Source: a virus
Virus record (IMG/VR): IMGVR_UViG_3300031369_000002
Coordinates: 1-64,000 of that record
DNA: 64,000 nucleotides
Direction: 5' to 3' (one strand)
Shown: piece by piece, positions 1-9,699 of the stretch
Position numbering within the stretch: the stretch's first letter is position 1
How the letters are laid out: each line of letters starts with the position of its first letter
Made by a program: the position numbers and the translations under genes
Notes under the pieces: generated by a model
What the model was told of the DNA's origin: nothing
Databases searched by the model: none
What the model saw: only the letters and a program-made list of their open reading frames with translations

Positions 1-1171
1 TTTTCTCATTTAAAACTTTAGATATATTAACATCATTATAAGCTAAAGAAAAAGTAAGTTCTAAAATACCATTGACTTCCTCTTTAATAATAACATCCAT
101 AGCATATAATAAAATAAAATCCATTACCCCAGCCTCATCATAAACAACCACATTAGAATTACTTATGCTCTCAGGCTCCCTAATAGAATCGTTATAAAAT
201 ATACTATCCAAATCATTATATTTAACCACATCCAAATAATTATAAGGCACAATAGTAAAATGTTCTGTAGCTCTAACTAAAGGTATAGGTAAAACCATAG
301 ACATATTTATAGGATTTATACTTTTATTATAATCATTAGTATAAGTTGGTATAGGTAAACTTACTTTTAATGAAGTAGAAGGCACATAATTACCCGCATA
401 AGCTAGAGACTCCATACCTATATTTACCTCTATAGATGGTACATTAATAGAAACATTACCACCAGGATCAGCCTCAGGCAAACTAAGATTTACCTCTATA
501 GGAGGAACTATCACCTCAAAATTACATTGTATAACAGGCTCAGGCAAAGAAATATTTTTAAAAAAACTATTCAAAGTATCCCTAACAGACAAACTAACAG
601 CAGGAATCTGCATGTTAACAGCAAATTTAGGGTATTCCCATTCAACCATTAATCTCAATGCATAAGTATAACTATCATCATAATCAAAAGCAACAATATT
701 ACTATAATCTCCTACAGCACTACCATCGTCTCTTAAGAAAAATTGAATATCATTACCAGCAACCCATCCATCTTGATTAACTATTTCAGAAAGCATATCA
801 GATAAATCAGGAGAATCCGCCCAATAAAAAATCTCTCCATCCAAATCCCAATCAACTTTATTAGTTGTTAAACTACGAGAAAAATAATCAGCGTTACTAG
901 TACATGCAACTGGGTTTAAAGCCTTTTCTGCGGACACTTTCAATTTAACGGACACTCCTGCACCTATATCAAAATAAGCTCTTAAATAAGCACTCTTAAT
1001 CACAGCCTTAGGAGGGATAGTCACATCTGAAACCACATGAAAAGTATTTTGAGTCGTGCCATCTCCATAAACTCCCGCATATAACCAACTACCATTATTT
1101 ATATAATAACCACCACTCGTAGCATATCCGTCATCAATTCCATTCTCTGTATAATACCAATAAATACCCAA
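1..1171 (-). CDS. Tail tip protein (Tal/minor tail family) with long N-terminal extension; 3'-truncated by window edge
   Basis: Not in ORF track. TTG at 1171 with GGAGGTG RBS; frame open to position 2 (390 codons). The last residues read IIKEEVNGILELTFSL, resembling the start of siphophage Tal/prophage-tail proteins. Lies downstream of Dit. Confidence 0.7.
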   Translation of the reverse strand, partial: MGIYWYYTENGIDDGYATSGGYYINNGSWLYAGVYGDGTTQNTFHVVSDVTIPPKAVIKSAYLRAYFDIGAGVSVKLKVSAEKALNPVACTSNADYFSRSLTTNKVDWDLDGEIFYWADSPDLSDMLSEIVNQDGWVAGNDIQFFLRDDGSAVGDYSNIVAFDYDDSYTYALRLMVEWEYPKFAVNMQIPAVSLSVRDTLNSFFKNISLPEPVIQCNFEVIVPPIEVNLSLPEADPGGNVSINVPSIEVNIGMESLAYAGNYVPSTSLKVSLPIPTYTNDYNKSINPINMSMVLPIPLVRATEHFTIVPYNYLDVVKYNDLDSIFYNDSIREPESISNSNVVVYDEAGVMDFILLYAMDVIIKEEVNGILELTFSLAYNDVNISKVLNEK

Positions 1172-1208
1172 AAGTTATCACCTCCCTATAAACTTTAAGA
1201 TTAATTTA

Positions 1209-1652
1209 TTAAGCAGGAGGCGAAAAATACACTACCCCATTAGCATCCCAAGTAATAGTAAAATCACCTGAGGACACACTAACATCCGCTCCAAAATCTA
1301 TTAAACCAATAACAATACTAGTCGCAGGATTGCCAGTATCTTTAAAAATAACAGCATATCGAGCAGTAAAAGTGGCACTACTCCAAACAAGATCAGCCGC
1401 ATCTAAAGAAGCATTACCCCCACTAGTTGTATTAGTCTTAGATGATAAAGTTTTTTGTGAATAACCCGTTCCACTAGTTGACACCTCATAAGTATCATAA
1501 CCACTAACATCCGCTAAATACGTATCCGTATTTATATCAGGAGCCAAATCACTTGTATATAAAGCTAACTTTATAGTATCACTTACCCAATTAATTTCAG
1601 CCTCTGCCAATTTTTTAGCGAAATTTCCAAAGAAATCAGTACTTACAGCCAT
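1209..1652 (-). CDS. Minor tail/baseplate-associated protein
   Basis: 147 aa, beta-rich (IKLALYT...FTITW), GGAGG RBS, in the tail tip cluster. Confidence 0.6.
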   Translation of the reverse strand: MAVSTDFFGNFAKKLAEAEINWVSDTIKLALYTSDLAPDINTDTYLADVSGYDTYEVSTSGTGYSQKTLSSKTNTTSGGNASLDAADLVWSSATFTARYAVIFKDTGNPATSIVIGLIDFGADVSVSSGDFTITWDANGVVYFSPPA

Positions 1653-1667
1653 TAATAAAACCTCCTT

Positions 1668-2585
1668 TTAACTAGACTTACGTCTTAAAAATATTGCCCC
1701 TAACTGAGCGGCATCCTCCATAGCTACTAAACTAGCCCCAACACTAAAAGGATTAGGCGGCTCATTGGTATACGTAGCCCCAAGAGTATATCCTACAAAA
1801 TTTTTAACAGGGTTCCAATCACTTGCTATAGGATTAATATAAGAAGTAACTACCCCTTGAATATCCACAGCAACATCAGTAATAAACCCTATCCAATACA
1901 AACCTTTATTTAAAATTATATCCTCTGATAAAACAGTTACACCAGTACTACTAACATCTAATTCCCCATCATAAAGCAACTCCCCAGGATAACCATTGTC
2001 ATTAGCCCAAATAGAAACACACATATTACCAGACAAAGCCGCTACTATGTCAGTTCCTATCCTATCAAAAGTTAAAGTCTCTGGTATTTCCAAAGGTAAT
2101 ACATAATAAGTATCAGCCGAAACAGTTACCGACCTATAAGCAGGAGCTACACTTTTATATTGATTAGGTACATAAACAGGACCTACTTTTCTATTAACTT
2201 CACTTACAATAATAGATTGAGAATCTTTTATATAATCAAAATCTGCTGTTATAGTATCCCCAGGCAACTGTTGACTATTAAAAATAATCAAACCAAAACC
2301 TTTATGTAAAGTATATTCCCCAGAATCAACAGCGACGGCATTTCTATATATTATAGGAGTAGGACTATCTAACCAATTTCTATACCCTCCCGTAGCCTCA
2401 TAAATTCTATACCTCAAAGCTATAACACTCTGATCAATTATAGGAGTTAATTCATGATCGGAGACAGAATCCGAAGATAATCCTAATAAATCCTCAAGTC
2501 TCATTACTCCTTTTGCTATAGCATTTAAATGACCTGATAAAATACTATCTAGAGTACTTAATACTTTAAAATCTGAATTAGCCAT
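1668..2585 (-). CDS. Tail tip/receptor-binding associated protein
   Basis: 305 aa, GGAGG RBS, between Dit and the Tal-like gene; beta-sandwich-like C-terminus. Confidence 0.5.
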   Translation of the reverse strand: MANSDFKVLSTLDSILSGHLNAIAKGVMRLEDLLGLSSDSVSDHELTPIIDQSVIALRYRIYEATGGYRNWLDSPTPIIYRNAVAVDSGEYTLHKGFGLIIFNSQQLPGDTITADFDYIKDSQSIIVSEVNRKVGPVYVPNQYKSVAPAYRSVTVSADTYYVLPLEIPETLTFDRIGTDIVAALSGNMCVSIWANDNGYPGELLYDGELDVSSTGVTVLSEDIILNKGLYWIGFITDVAVDIQGVVTSYINPIASDWNPVKNFVGYTLGATYTNEPPNPFSVGASLVAMEDAAQLGAIFLRRKSS

Positions 2586-2603
2586 AATACACCTCCAATC
2601 TTT

Positions 2604-2632
2604 ATTATATCAGCAAACTACACATACGTCAA
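2604..2632 (-). promoter_or_regulatory. sigmaA-type promoter TTGACG-N17-TATAAT for tail tip genes
   Basis: cgtcaa at 2627-2632, attata at 2604-2609, 17-bp spacer. Confidence 0.75.
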
Positions 2633-2642
2633 TCAATAGAAA

Positions 2643-2661
2643 AGGCGGCACACCGCCGCCT
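2643..2661 (-). terminator. Intrinsic terminator after Dit
   Basis: AGGCGGC-ggtgt-GCCGCCT followed by TTT on the minus strand. Confidence 0.75.
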
Positions 2662-2675
2662 ATCTGCCTTACAGC

Positions 2676-3422
2676 TTACACCCACCGACTTCGACAAGTC
2701 ACATCTATATCAACGGTGAAATCACTTGTTAAAACATAAAAAGAATTTTCACCAGTAACAGCCTCAAAAAAATCCAAAGAATCTAAATTATTAATAGCAC
2801 TTGTTTTAACTACACCATTTAAAATATAAGCAGTTTTCAACTTAGAATCTATAACTAACTTATCACCTGAGACCATAGTCCCTGTATAATTAATAGTAAC
2901 ACCATTTAAAATTATTTCTATAGTACCACTACCAACAGCAGTAATCTCAATCTTAGGCAAAGAATTTATATTTCCCTTACTCCTAGTAAAATTATGACTA
3001 CCAGTACCATTAAAATTAAAAGTCTCATCCTCTACAGCATACCAATAAGGATCAAAAGCCATAAAATTTAAAGTGCCTGTACCATTTAAAGCTATTAAAT
3101 CTAAAGAAGTATTACCAGATAAAATCGCATTTAAATATTTATCACTCTCATCAGAGAATATTAAAGCCTTAGGCTCAGCCTTTATAAGTTTAGAAGCTAT
3201 ATCCCTTTTAAGACTATGCAAAGCAGTTAAACTATCCTCATATACAACAACATCAACAGGCACCGTTGCAATACCATCCCTTTTATTAATAAATAATTCT
3301 CCATTAGTATTAGTATCCGTTGATTTAACTATCTGATTAATAATTAAATCTCTACCAACATTATTAACAAATAAAAGATTAGAAAAGTCTACTCCATCAA
3401 AACTAAAAGTAACATTAGCCAT
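2676..3422 (-). CDS. Distal tail protein (Dit)
   Basis: Directly after tape measure; typical Dit motifs (FSFDG, LIFSDE.DKY..A, F.AFDPYWY, G.N). Confidence 0.85.
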   Translation of the reverse strand: MANVTFSFDGVDFSNLLFVNNVGRDLIINQIVKSTDTNTNGELFINKRDGIATVPVDVVVYEDSLTALHSLKRDIASKLIKAEPKALIFSDESDKYLNAILSGNTSLDLIALNGTGTLNFMAFDPYWYAVEDETFNFNGTGSHNFTRSKGNINSLPKIEITAVGSGTIEIILNGVTINYTGTMVSGDKLVIDSKLKTAYILNGVVKTSAINNLDSLDFFEAVTGENSFYVLTSDFTVDIDVTCRSRWV

Positions 3423-6097
3423 TATCTTCGCCTCCCCTCAGACCTATTTTTATTGCCAGTTTTTCTGGCTAAATTAGTAGATACATAAGGAGTAACTACT
3501 CTAGACACTTCACGCCCATCTAAATTAACAGGAACCTCAACAACTATTCTATCCTTTACAAAATCTGATAACTTTTGAGCAAACATACCATTCATATTAG
3601 CATGATTATTACTTAAAACTCTCATTAAGTTAGTATCTCCAATACCAATATCAGATAAATCTCTAAAATTACCTACCATATCTTTCTTCATTTCATGAGA
3701 TTTCAGAGCAATTGCATCCATAGCTCGCTCCAAATATGAAGGCGAATGAATACCTAAACCATCTTTAAAACCTTCCCAAATCTTTTGTCCTGCCTTTTTT
3801 GCGTTATTCCATAAGGTAGACCCTATATTTAATAATTTAGAGGCAACATCACCTAAAATACCTCCAAGTTTAGAGGGTAAACTTGTAATGGCACTAATAA
3901 AACCACTAACCAATTTAGACCCTGCATCCCTGGCCTTAGAAATCAATTGACTACGCCAAGAAGAAACTTTACTAATAGTCTGTAGTAAAAAATTCCAAGC
4001 TTTACCTGGCAAAGTTTGAAAGAAGTTTATAACTCCGTTTAAAAAACTTCTACCTGTTTCAATTGCCTTACTTCTCATCTGAGAACCCCATGAAATAGCT
4101 TTACTTATAGTGCTAGTAAAGAAATTCCATAAGCGACCAGGTAACTGTTGAAAAAACGATATCACAGCAGCTAAAAACTTAGCACCAAGTTCATTAGCTT
4201 TTACTAACATTTGAAGAGTCCACACAATCACCTTAGCTATTATAGTTAAAAATAAATTCCACAGCTTACCAGGTAATTCAGTTACTAAAAACACTATACC
4301 ATCTACAAAAGCCTTACCAACTTTAAGGGCTAACTGTCCTAACTTAATACCAAAATCTATTACAGCCCGTACAGCTTTACCTATAGCAAAACCAAACCAA
4401 TATAATAAATCACTAGGTAAACTCTTAATACCCTCTATAAATTTAGCAGCAGCTTCCCTAGCTTTTGCGGCTAATTGTACTTGCCACTCAACCACCTTAG
4501 CAATAACACCTAATAAAAAGGTCCATATCTTACCTGGCAAAGACTTAAAAAAGTTTACAATAGCATCAATAATACTTCCTATCTTCTCAGGTATTGATTG
4601 AAAAAACGAAACTATAGCACCCCAGACAGAAATAGCAGCAGCTTTTATAGTCTCCCAAACACCCAACAAAAAGGCACTTACAGTATCCCAATTTTTAACT
4701 AATAATACTATAGCAGCTATTAAAGCTATAACACCCAAAACGATCCAAGTTATAGGATTAGCTAATAAAGCCGTAGTAAAAGTCCAGGCCGCCACAGCAG
4801 CACTAGAAAAGGCCATAACTAACGTTGGAAATACCGCCACTATTATCCCTATAGAAGATATCAAATTACCTAAAACCATCAAAATAGGTCCTATAGCCAC
4901 AGCAAAAGCAATGAAACCAGCAACAACACCCTGTAAAGGAGGACTTAATTGAGCATACCAACCGACCAATTTACCAACCACTCCTCCTACCTTTTCTAAA
5001 GCAGGAATCAAAGTATCAGTAACAACAGGAGCCAATTGCTCACCCAAAGAAATCAATAAACCCTCAGTCCTAGATTTTAATGTCCTAAAAGCTCCTCCTA
5101 CATTATCCTCCATAGTAGTAGCCATCTTTTCAGCCGCTCCCTCAGACTCATACATTTTCTTTTCTAACTCTTTATATTTTTTGGAGCCAGTTTCCAGCAT
5201 GATATTGACACCACGAATAGACCTCTCATGGAAAATACCTCCTAAAGCAGCATCTCGCTCAGCCGTAGTCATACCAGCCGTAGCCTTTTCCACATCTCCC
5301 ATAATACTGCCTAAATCTCGCATAGTACCATTAGAATTATAAAGAGCCACAGACATATCACCTATAGCCACTTTACCATCCTCAGCTCCCTTACGCAAAT
5401 CAGTTAACATAGCATTAAAAGTAGTACCTGCCATAGAGCCTTTTATACCACTATTAGCAAGAGTACCCATAACAGCCGCCGTCTGTGCTAAATTCATACC
5501 AGCCGCATGGGCATTAGCACTGGAATATTTAAAAGCCTCACCTAATTGCTCAACACTAGTATTACTTTTTGCCTGAGCTTGTGCAAATATATCAGAAGCT
5601 TTACCAGCCTCAGAAGCTTGCATATTAAAAGCCGACATAGTATCTGTTACTATATCCGCAGCAGTAGCCAACTCTAAAGACCCTGCACTTGCCAAAGACA
5701 ACATAGAAGGTGTAGCCGCTAATATTTGATTAGTATCCCAACCAGCCAGAGCCAAAAAGCCCATAGCATCTGCAGCCTCAGAAGCAGAAAACCTAGTAGT
5801 AGCACCCATATCTTTAGCTTGATCTCTAAGCTTTACCATTTCACCACCAGTGGCCCCACTAACAGCCTTTACCCTAGACATAGAATCATCAAACTTAGCT
5901 ACAGTTTTTATAGCCGCAGCACCTACAGCAACTAAAGGCAAAGTTACATTTTTAGTTAAAGAGCCACCTACTTTACTCATAGTATTCCCTGTAGTAATTA
6001 AACGATTATTTAAACCACTTGTCTGATCGCCTACACCTCTAATAACATTACTAGCTTGATCTATTGCTCTAATCAAAATATTCATTATAGCAGGCAT
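3422..6097 (-). CDS. Tape measure protein (TP901-like core)
   Basis: FDDSMSRVKAVSGATG, TRFSASEAADAM, GIKGSMAGT motifs and Trp/Phe-periodic helical repeats; ATG at 6097 fits the GGAGG RBS better than GTG at 6106. Confidence 0.95.
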   Translation of the reverse strand: MPAIMNILIRAIDQASNVIRGVGDQTSGLNNRLITTGNTMSKVGGSLTKNVTLPLVAVGAAAIKTVAKFDDSMSRVKAVSGATGGEMVKLRDQAKDMGATTRFSASEAADAMGFLALAGWDTNQILAATPSMLSLASAGSLELATAADIVTDTMSAFNMQASEAGKASDIFAQAQAKSNTSVEQLGEAFKYSSANAHAAGMNLAQTAAVMGTLANSGIKGSMAGTTFNAMLTDLRKGAEDGKVAIGDMSVALYNSNGTMRDLGSIMGDVEKATAGMTTAERDAALGGIFHERSIRGVNIMLETGSKKYKELEKKMYESEGAAEKMATTMEDNVGGAFRTLKSRTEGLLISLGEQLAPVVTDTLIPALEKVGGVVGKLVGWYAQLSPPLQGVVAGFIAFAVAIGPILMVLGNLISSIGIIVAVFPTLVMAFSSAAVAAWTFTTALLANPITWIVLGVIALIAAIVLLVKNWDTVSAFLLGVWETIKAAAISVWGAIVSFFQSIPEKIGSIIDAIVNFFKSLPGKIWTFLLGVIAKVVEWQVQLAAKAREAAAKFIEGIKSLPSDLLYWFGFAIGKAVRAVIDFGIKLGQLALKVGKAFVDGIVFLVTELPGKLWNLFLTIIAKVIVWTLQMLVKANELGAKFLAAVISFFQQLPGRLWNFFTSTISKAISWGSQMRSKAIETGRSFLNGVINFFQTLPGKAWNFLLQTISKVSSWRSQLISKARDAGSKLVSGFISAITSLPSKLGGILGDVASKLLNIGSTLWNNAKKAGQKIWEGFKDGLGIHSPSYLERAMDAIALKSHEMKKDMVGNFRDLSDIGIGDTNLMRVLSNNHANMNGMFAQKLSDFVKDRIVVEVPVNLDGREVSRVVTPYVSTNLARKTGNKNRSEGRRR

Positions 6098-6102
6098 AAA
6101 AG

Positions 6103-6367
6103 TCACCTCCTCTTTTTTCTAGCATTATACATAGCTTTCATAGTCTTTAAATCAGCATTACCACTCTTAGTATTACCAGTCTTAGTCCCAGGTAACCCTT
6201 TATTATTCTCAACCCCATTATCACCCATCATTAATCTATTAATTTCAGGTAAAGCCTCAAGTAAAAATTCCCTTTGCAAAGGTGTTAATTCTCCTTGAGT
6301 AGGGGCTAATTTATAACCATTCACATCCAAGTAAGCAATTCTTAAACCTTCCTCACTCTTTGCGAAA
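6103..6367 (-). CDS. Tail assembly chaperone, frameshift extension (gpGT-like C-terminal part)
   Basis: Overlaps the end of the chaperone gene in the +1 frame, has no RBS of its own, and ends at the TMP start. Confidence 0.65.
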
Positions 6368-6808
6368 TTGTTTGATTGCCTCAGACCTCGCATTTTTACC
6401 TATAATTTTTGGAGACACTCCACTTAATTCATATATTTTCTCAGCAATTTTTTTAACTATACCCGCAGGAGTTAACTCTTTAATTTCCTCAATAGTCCAA
6501 GGTTCTTCTTCTACCAAACCAAAACTAACAGCTAAGCAGTCAGCTTCAAACTCAGCAGTAGTGATCTTTTCCATATCCATACTCAAACTCATATTAGACA
6601 TATCTATATTAGATTTATCTTGCATATTAACATCAGGCATGCCAGAAATAGAAACACCACGAGTCCTTATCGCTTCTATCTTTGTCCATTGAGCATCTGT
6701 TAAAGGTCTTAATTGCAATTCACCTTTAAGCTCAGTAAAATACACCCACTCAGTATTAAGAACACCATTTAAAATATCTTTTTTACTTAATTTTTTAATC
6801 TCACTCAC
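6353..6808 (-). CDS. Tail assembly chaperone (gpG-like)
   Basis: Between tail tube and TMP; GGAGG RBS. Confidence 0.8.
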   Translation of the reverse strand: MSEIKKLSKKDILNGVLNTEWVYFTELKGELQLRPLTDAQWTKIEAIRTRGVSISGMPDVNMQDKSNIDMSNMSLSMDMEKITTAEFEADCLAVSFGLVEEEPWTIEEIKELTPAGIVKKIAEKIYELSGVSPKIIGKNARSEAIKQFRKE

Positions 6809-6826
6809 TACAATAACCTCCTCACA

Positions 6827-7822
6827 TTAAGCCGATAATGTGGCTATATCGTTTTCCACACTTACCCCTATCTCACTCTCTACCTCACTAGCATCCGCTA
6901 AAGTAATGGTATCCATCAAACATCTACCAGTAACTGACTGCACTATTTCATCTCTAGAGCTAGGTTGCTGTTGGACTTCACTATAAGCAACTTTAGGTAA
7001 AGTGATTTCCATAGAACCATGTGCACCATTATCAAAAGTTAATACTATAGGAATCTCACTAACACCAGTAGCAGCAGGACCAGTAGCACCACCCCAGAAA
7101 TCTTCTAAAACACTGGAATCTTCAAAGAATAACTCCATTGAAATTTCCGTCTCTCTTTCTCCACCAATTACCCGATAAGGATGTCGACTACCTAAACCTC
7201 TGCCAGACTCAGCATCCATATTATTAGATATGGATAAATTTAAAGTTTTAACCTTAGCAGACAAATCAGAGCCATCAATAGTAGCAGTTACCTCATGAAA
7301 AGCCAAAGGATATGCATCAGGTAAAGACAAATCAGCTATAGCCTGAATAGCAGCCTTGGAATCTTTAGCAGCCACAATATCGGCTGTTAAGTTACAAAAT
7401 TCACCCTCTACTTGCAACTCCAAACTATTAATAACACATCCACTAAAAACATGTTCAAAATGATCTTTCCCTACTCTGGCACAAAACGAATCTAATACAT
7501 TATTAGCAGACCCATAAAACTCATGAAGATTTAACGTCCCAGTACCACCCTCACTAGTGAAAACATAAGCACCTAAACCCCATTTTAATAAATAAATAAC
7601 ACTATTAACATCAAAAGCATACATGATATTTCCACTAGGGGCATAAAAACCAGGTCTCTGTAATGTAGCCGATCTTTGTAATCCTCCTCCATAAATAAGA
7701 TTAGGATCAGACGGCGTATCTAAAGAAGCAGAAGCTATATCTAAATGCACTACAGCAGCAGGAGGACTCCCCATATTATAACTTGTCTCCTCAGCTAAAC
7801 CCAAATATCTTTGTACAGCCAT
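6827..7822 (-). CDS. Major tail tube protein
   Basis: 331 aa; RYLGLAEET N-terminus and FSGCVINSLEL; position; no sheath gene nearby. Confidence 0.85.
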   Translation of the reverse strand: MAVQRYLGLAEETSYNMGSPPAAVVHLDIASASLDTPSDPNLIYGGGLQRSATLQRPGFYAPSGNIMYAFDVNSVIYLLKWGLGAYVFTSEGGTGTLNLHEFYGSANNVLDSFCARVGKDHFEHVFSGCVINSLELQVEGEFCNLTADIVAAKDSKAAIQAIADLSLPDAYPLAFHEVTATIDGSDLSAKVKTLNLSISNNMDAESGRGLGSRHPYRVIGGERETEISMELFFEDSSVLEDFWGGATGPAATGVSEIPIVLTFDNGAHGSMEITLPKVAYSEVQQQPSSRDEIVQSVTGRCLMDTITLADASEVESEIGVSVENDIATLSA

Positions 7823-7841
7823 AAATCACACCTCCATTTTA

Positions 7842-8297
7842 TTAATACTCTAAAATAGTAAAAATAACTTTAACCGCAGCTAAAGCCGAATATTTATTTC
7901 CTTCCCTATGCCAAGGAGCTGAAGGTTCAAACCTACCGCTTCTAACATCCTGTACATAACTCCTATTTAAAGTCCTACCTTTAATTGTAGCCGATCTTGC
8001 CTGGGCTGCAATACTAGTAGCTGACATATACCCTTCCTCAGGAACATTAGATGTTAATACAGGAGTTAAAATAGCAGTCAACTCCCAAGTCTCATATAAA
8101 GTCCGTCTTTCATGATTAGGAACACATTCCTCCACAAATACCCACACAGATGGCATTTTAGGGTTTGGTCTATCTCTATCTCCTCGAACAACAGAAACAG
8201 CATCCAATTCATGCTCAGTTATAGCAGTCGTTAACTTAGAAACAATAGAATCTAATATCTCATTAATTGCATCTTTCAAAAGTTTAGGCTCTGGCAT
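7842..8297 (-). CDS. Tail terminator/completion protein
   Basis: Size and position immediately upstream of tail tube. Confidence 0.6.
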   Translation of the reverse strand: MPEPKLLKDAINEILDSIVSKLTTAITEHELDAVSVVRGDRDRPNPKMPSVWVFVEECVPNHERRTLYETWELTAILTPVLTSNVPEEGYMSATSIAAQARSATIKGRTLNRSYVQDVRSGRFEPSAPWHREGNKYSALAAVKVIFTILEY

Positions 8298-8743
8298 TAT
8301 AACTCGCCCCTTTCTCTAATTGCCATCTCTACATATACATTTAATCTAGGTTCTATTATCCTAGACACAGCATCTACAAAATCATTAGCTTTAGTACCTC
8401 TATGCACAATAGTCCACCAAACAGGCCCAGGAGGTAAACCTTTATACCTAGCCCATTGAGCAATAGGATCAAAAGGTCTAGGACCTGGACCCGTACCCTC
8501 AACAACAGCTTTTAAATAATTTATAGGAGATGAAATACCCCAAGATAAATTACCATTCTTTTTAACTACCCAAGACCTGGCTAAAACTCCTTTATAAAAA
8601 GGACTTTTTTCTTTTAATTTAGCCTTAGTATCAATAGCAGCTAATCTAGCAGCTCTATTAGCAGTCTGTTTCATTTTTACTATTATAACTTCTATTTGAG
8701 TTCTATCAATACCTTCAACTTGAATGTCATAATTACCAGCCAT
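8297..8743 (-). CDS. HK97 gp10-like tail completion protein
   Basis: SP..KGVLARSW, YLKAVVEGT and HRGTKANDF motifs. Confidence 0.75.
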   Translation of the reverse strand: MAGNYDIQVEGIDRTQIEVIIVKMKQTANRAARLAAIDTKAKLKEKSPFYKGVLARSWVVKKNGNLSWGISSPINYLKAVVEGTGPGPRPFDPIAQWARYKGLPPGPVWWTIVHRGTKANDFVDAVSRIIEPRLNVYVEMAIRERGEL

Positions 8744-8746
8744 ATC

Positions 8747-9151
8747 TTAAGCCTCCTCATCATCTTCATAAGTTGAAGCCTTATAAAGACTCATTCTAAA
8801 TCTTGGCTTTGCTGGAAATCTTCTTAAATCTCTTTTAATTGACTCTGTAAAAATCATATCCGTAGCAATATTATTAGTAAAATCATCATTCATAACAACA
8901 GGAGTCTGCCTTTTCATTACTGCCACAGAAGCCATATTTCCTACAATTCTCAAAGCTATATTATGAATACCTTTTGGTACACTACCATCAGCATCATAAT
9001 CCCTATTTCTATCTCCATCAATTAAACTCTTAGCTTCCTCTAACCATTCTTCTATTAAAGTATCTAAAGCAGCCTCATTAGCAAGACCCAAATCAGTATA
9101 AACAAGCCCTGTATATTGCTTGACAGCACTTACACTACTATACACAGCCAT
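8747..9151 (-). CDS. Head-tail adaptor/connector
   Basis: YSSVSAVK...LIEEWLEEAKSLID...VP pattern, downstream of capsid. Confidence 0.7.
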   Translation of the reverse strand: MAVYSSVSAVKQYTGLVYTDLGLANEAALDTLIEEWLEEAKSLIDGDRNRDYDADGSVPKGIHNIALRIVGNMASVAVMKRQTPVVMNDDFTNNIATDMIFTESIKRDLRRFPAKPRFRMSLYKASTYEDDEEA

Positions 9152-9164
9152 TTATAAAACCCCC

Positions 9165-9632
9165 TTAAACACTTTGCATTCTAGTTTTAAATGCCTCATA
9201 ATGATTAGGATGTTTTAATCTCACATGAGCAAACATGCCAGCTCTAGTGCCATTAAAATCACAATAAGGACAATCAATATCCCCGTTTTTTACCTCTTTA
9301 GTAGCCTCTTTTTTATCCTTAGATTCATTTAAAGGATTTTCATTAGCAGCCTTTATAGGGGCTTTTTTTGATGATTCTATAGTAGTTACCTCAGAGTTTT
9401 CACTTACTTTAGTTGTAACATCTACAGGAGCAGCAGCCACCGCATGAGATATAACAGCCTTTTTAGGTATATCAGCCAAACCTAAAATCTTTAACCTACA
9501 ACAAGCTTTTATTTCCCTATATTTAATGGAACCCTCTTCCATCAACACATCTAGGACTTTACCTGCAGGAAATACAACTCCACCTCTGCCTACATTAATA
9601 TCCGAAATATTTTTAACTCTATATTTAGCCAT
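9165..9632 (-). CDS. Hypothetical head-associated protein with C-terminal C2H2 zinc finger
   Basis: CPYC-x11-HVRLKH at the C-terminus after a low-complexity linker. Confidence 0.6.
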   Translation of the reverse strand: MAKYRVKNISDINVGRGGVVFPAGKVLDVLMEEGSIKYREIKACCRLKILGLADIPKKAVISHAVAAAPVDVTTKVSENSEVTTIESSKKAPIKAANENPLNESKDKKEATKEVKNGDIDCPYCDFNGTRAGMFAHVRLKHPNHYEAFKTRMQSV

Positions 9633-9655
9633 AATATACTCCTTTCTTATAAATA

Positions 9656-9681
9656 ATAGGTAGGTAGTTTCCTACCCACCA
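9656..9681 (-). terminator. Intrinsic terminator after major capsid gene
   Basis: GGTGGGTAG-gaaa-CTACCTACC hairpin followed by TATTATTT. Confidence 0.65.
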
Positions 9682-9699
9682 CAATCTAACAAAAACGCT

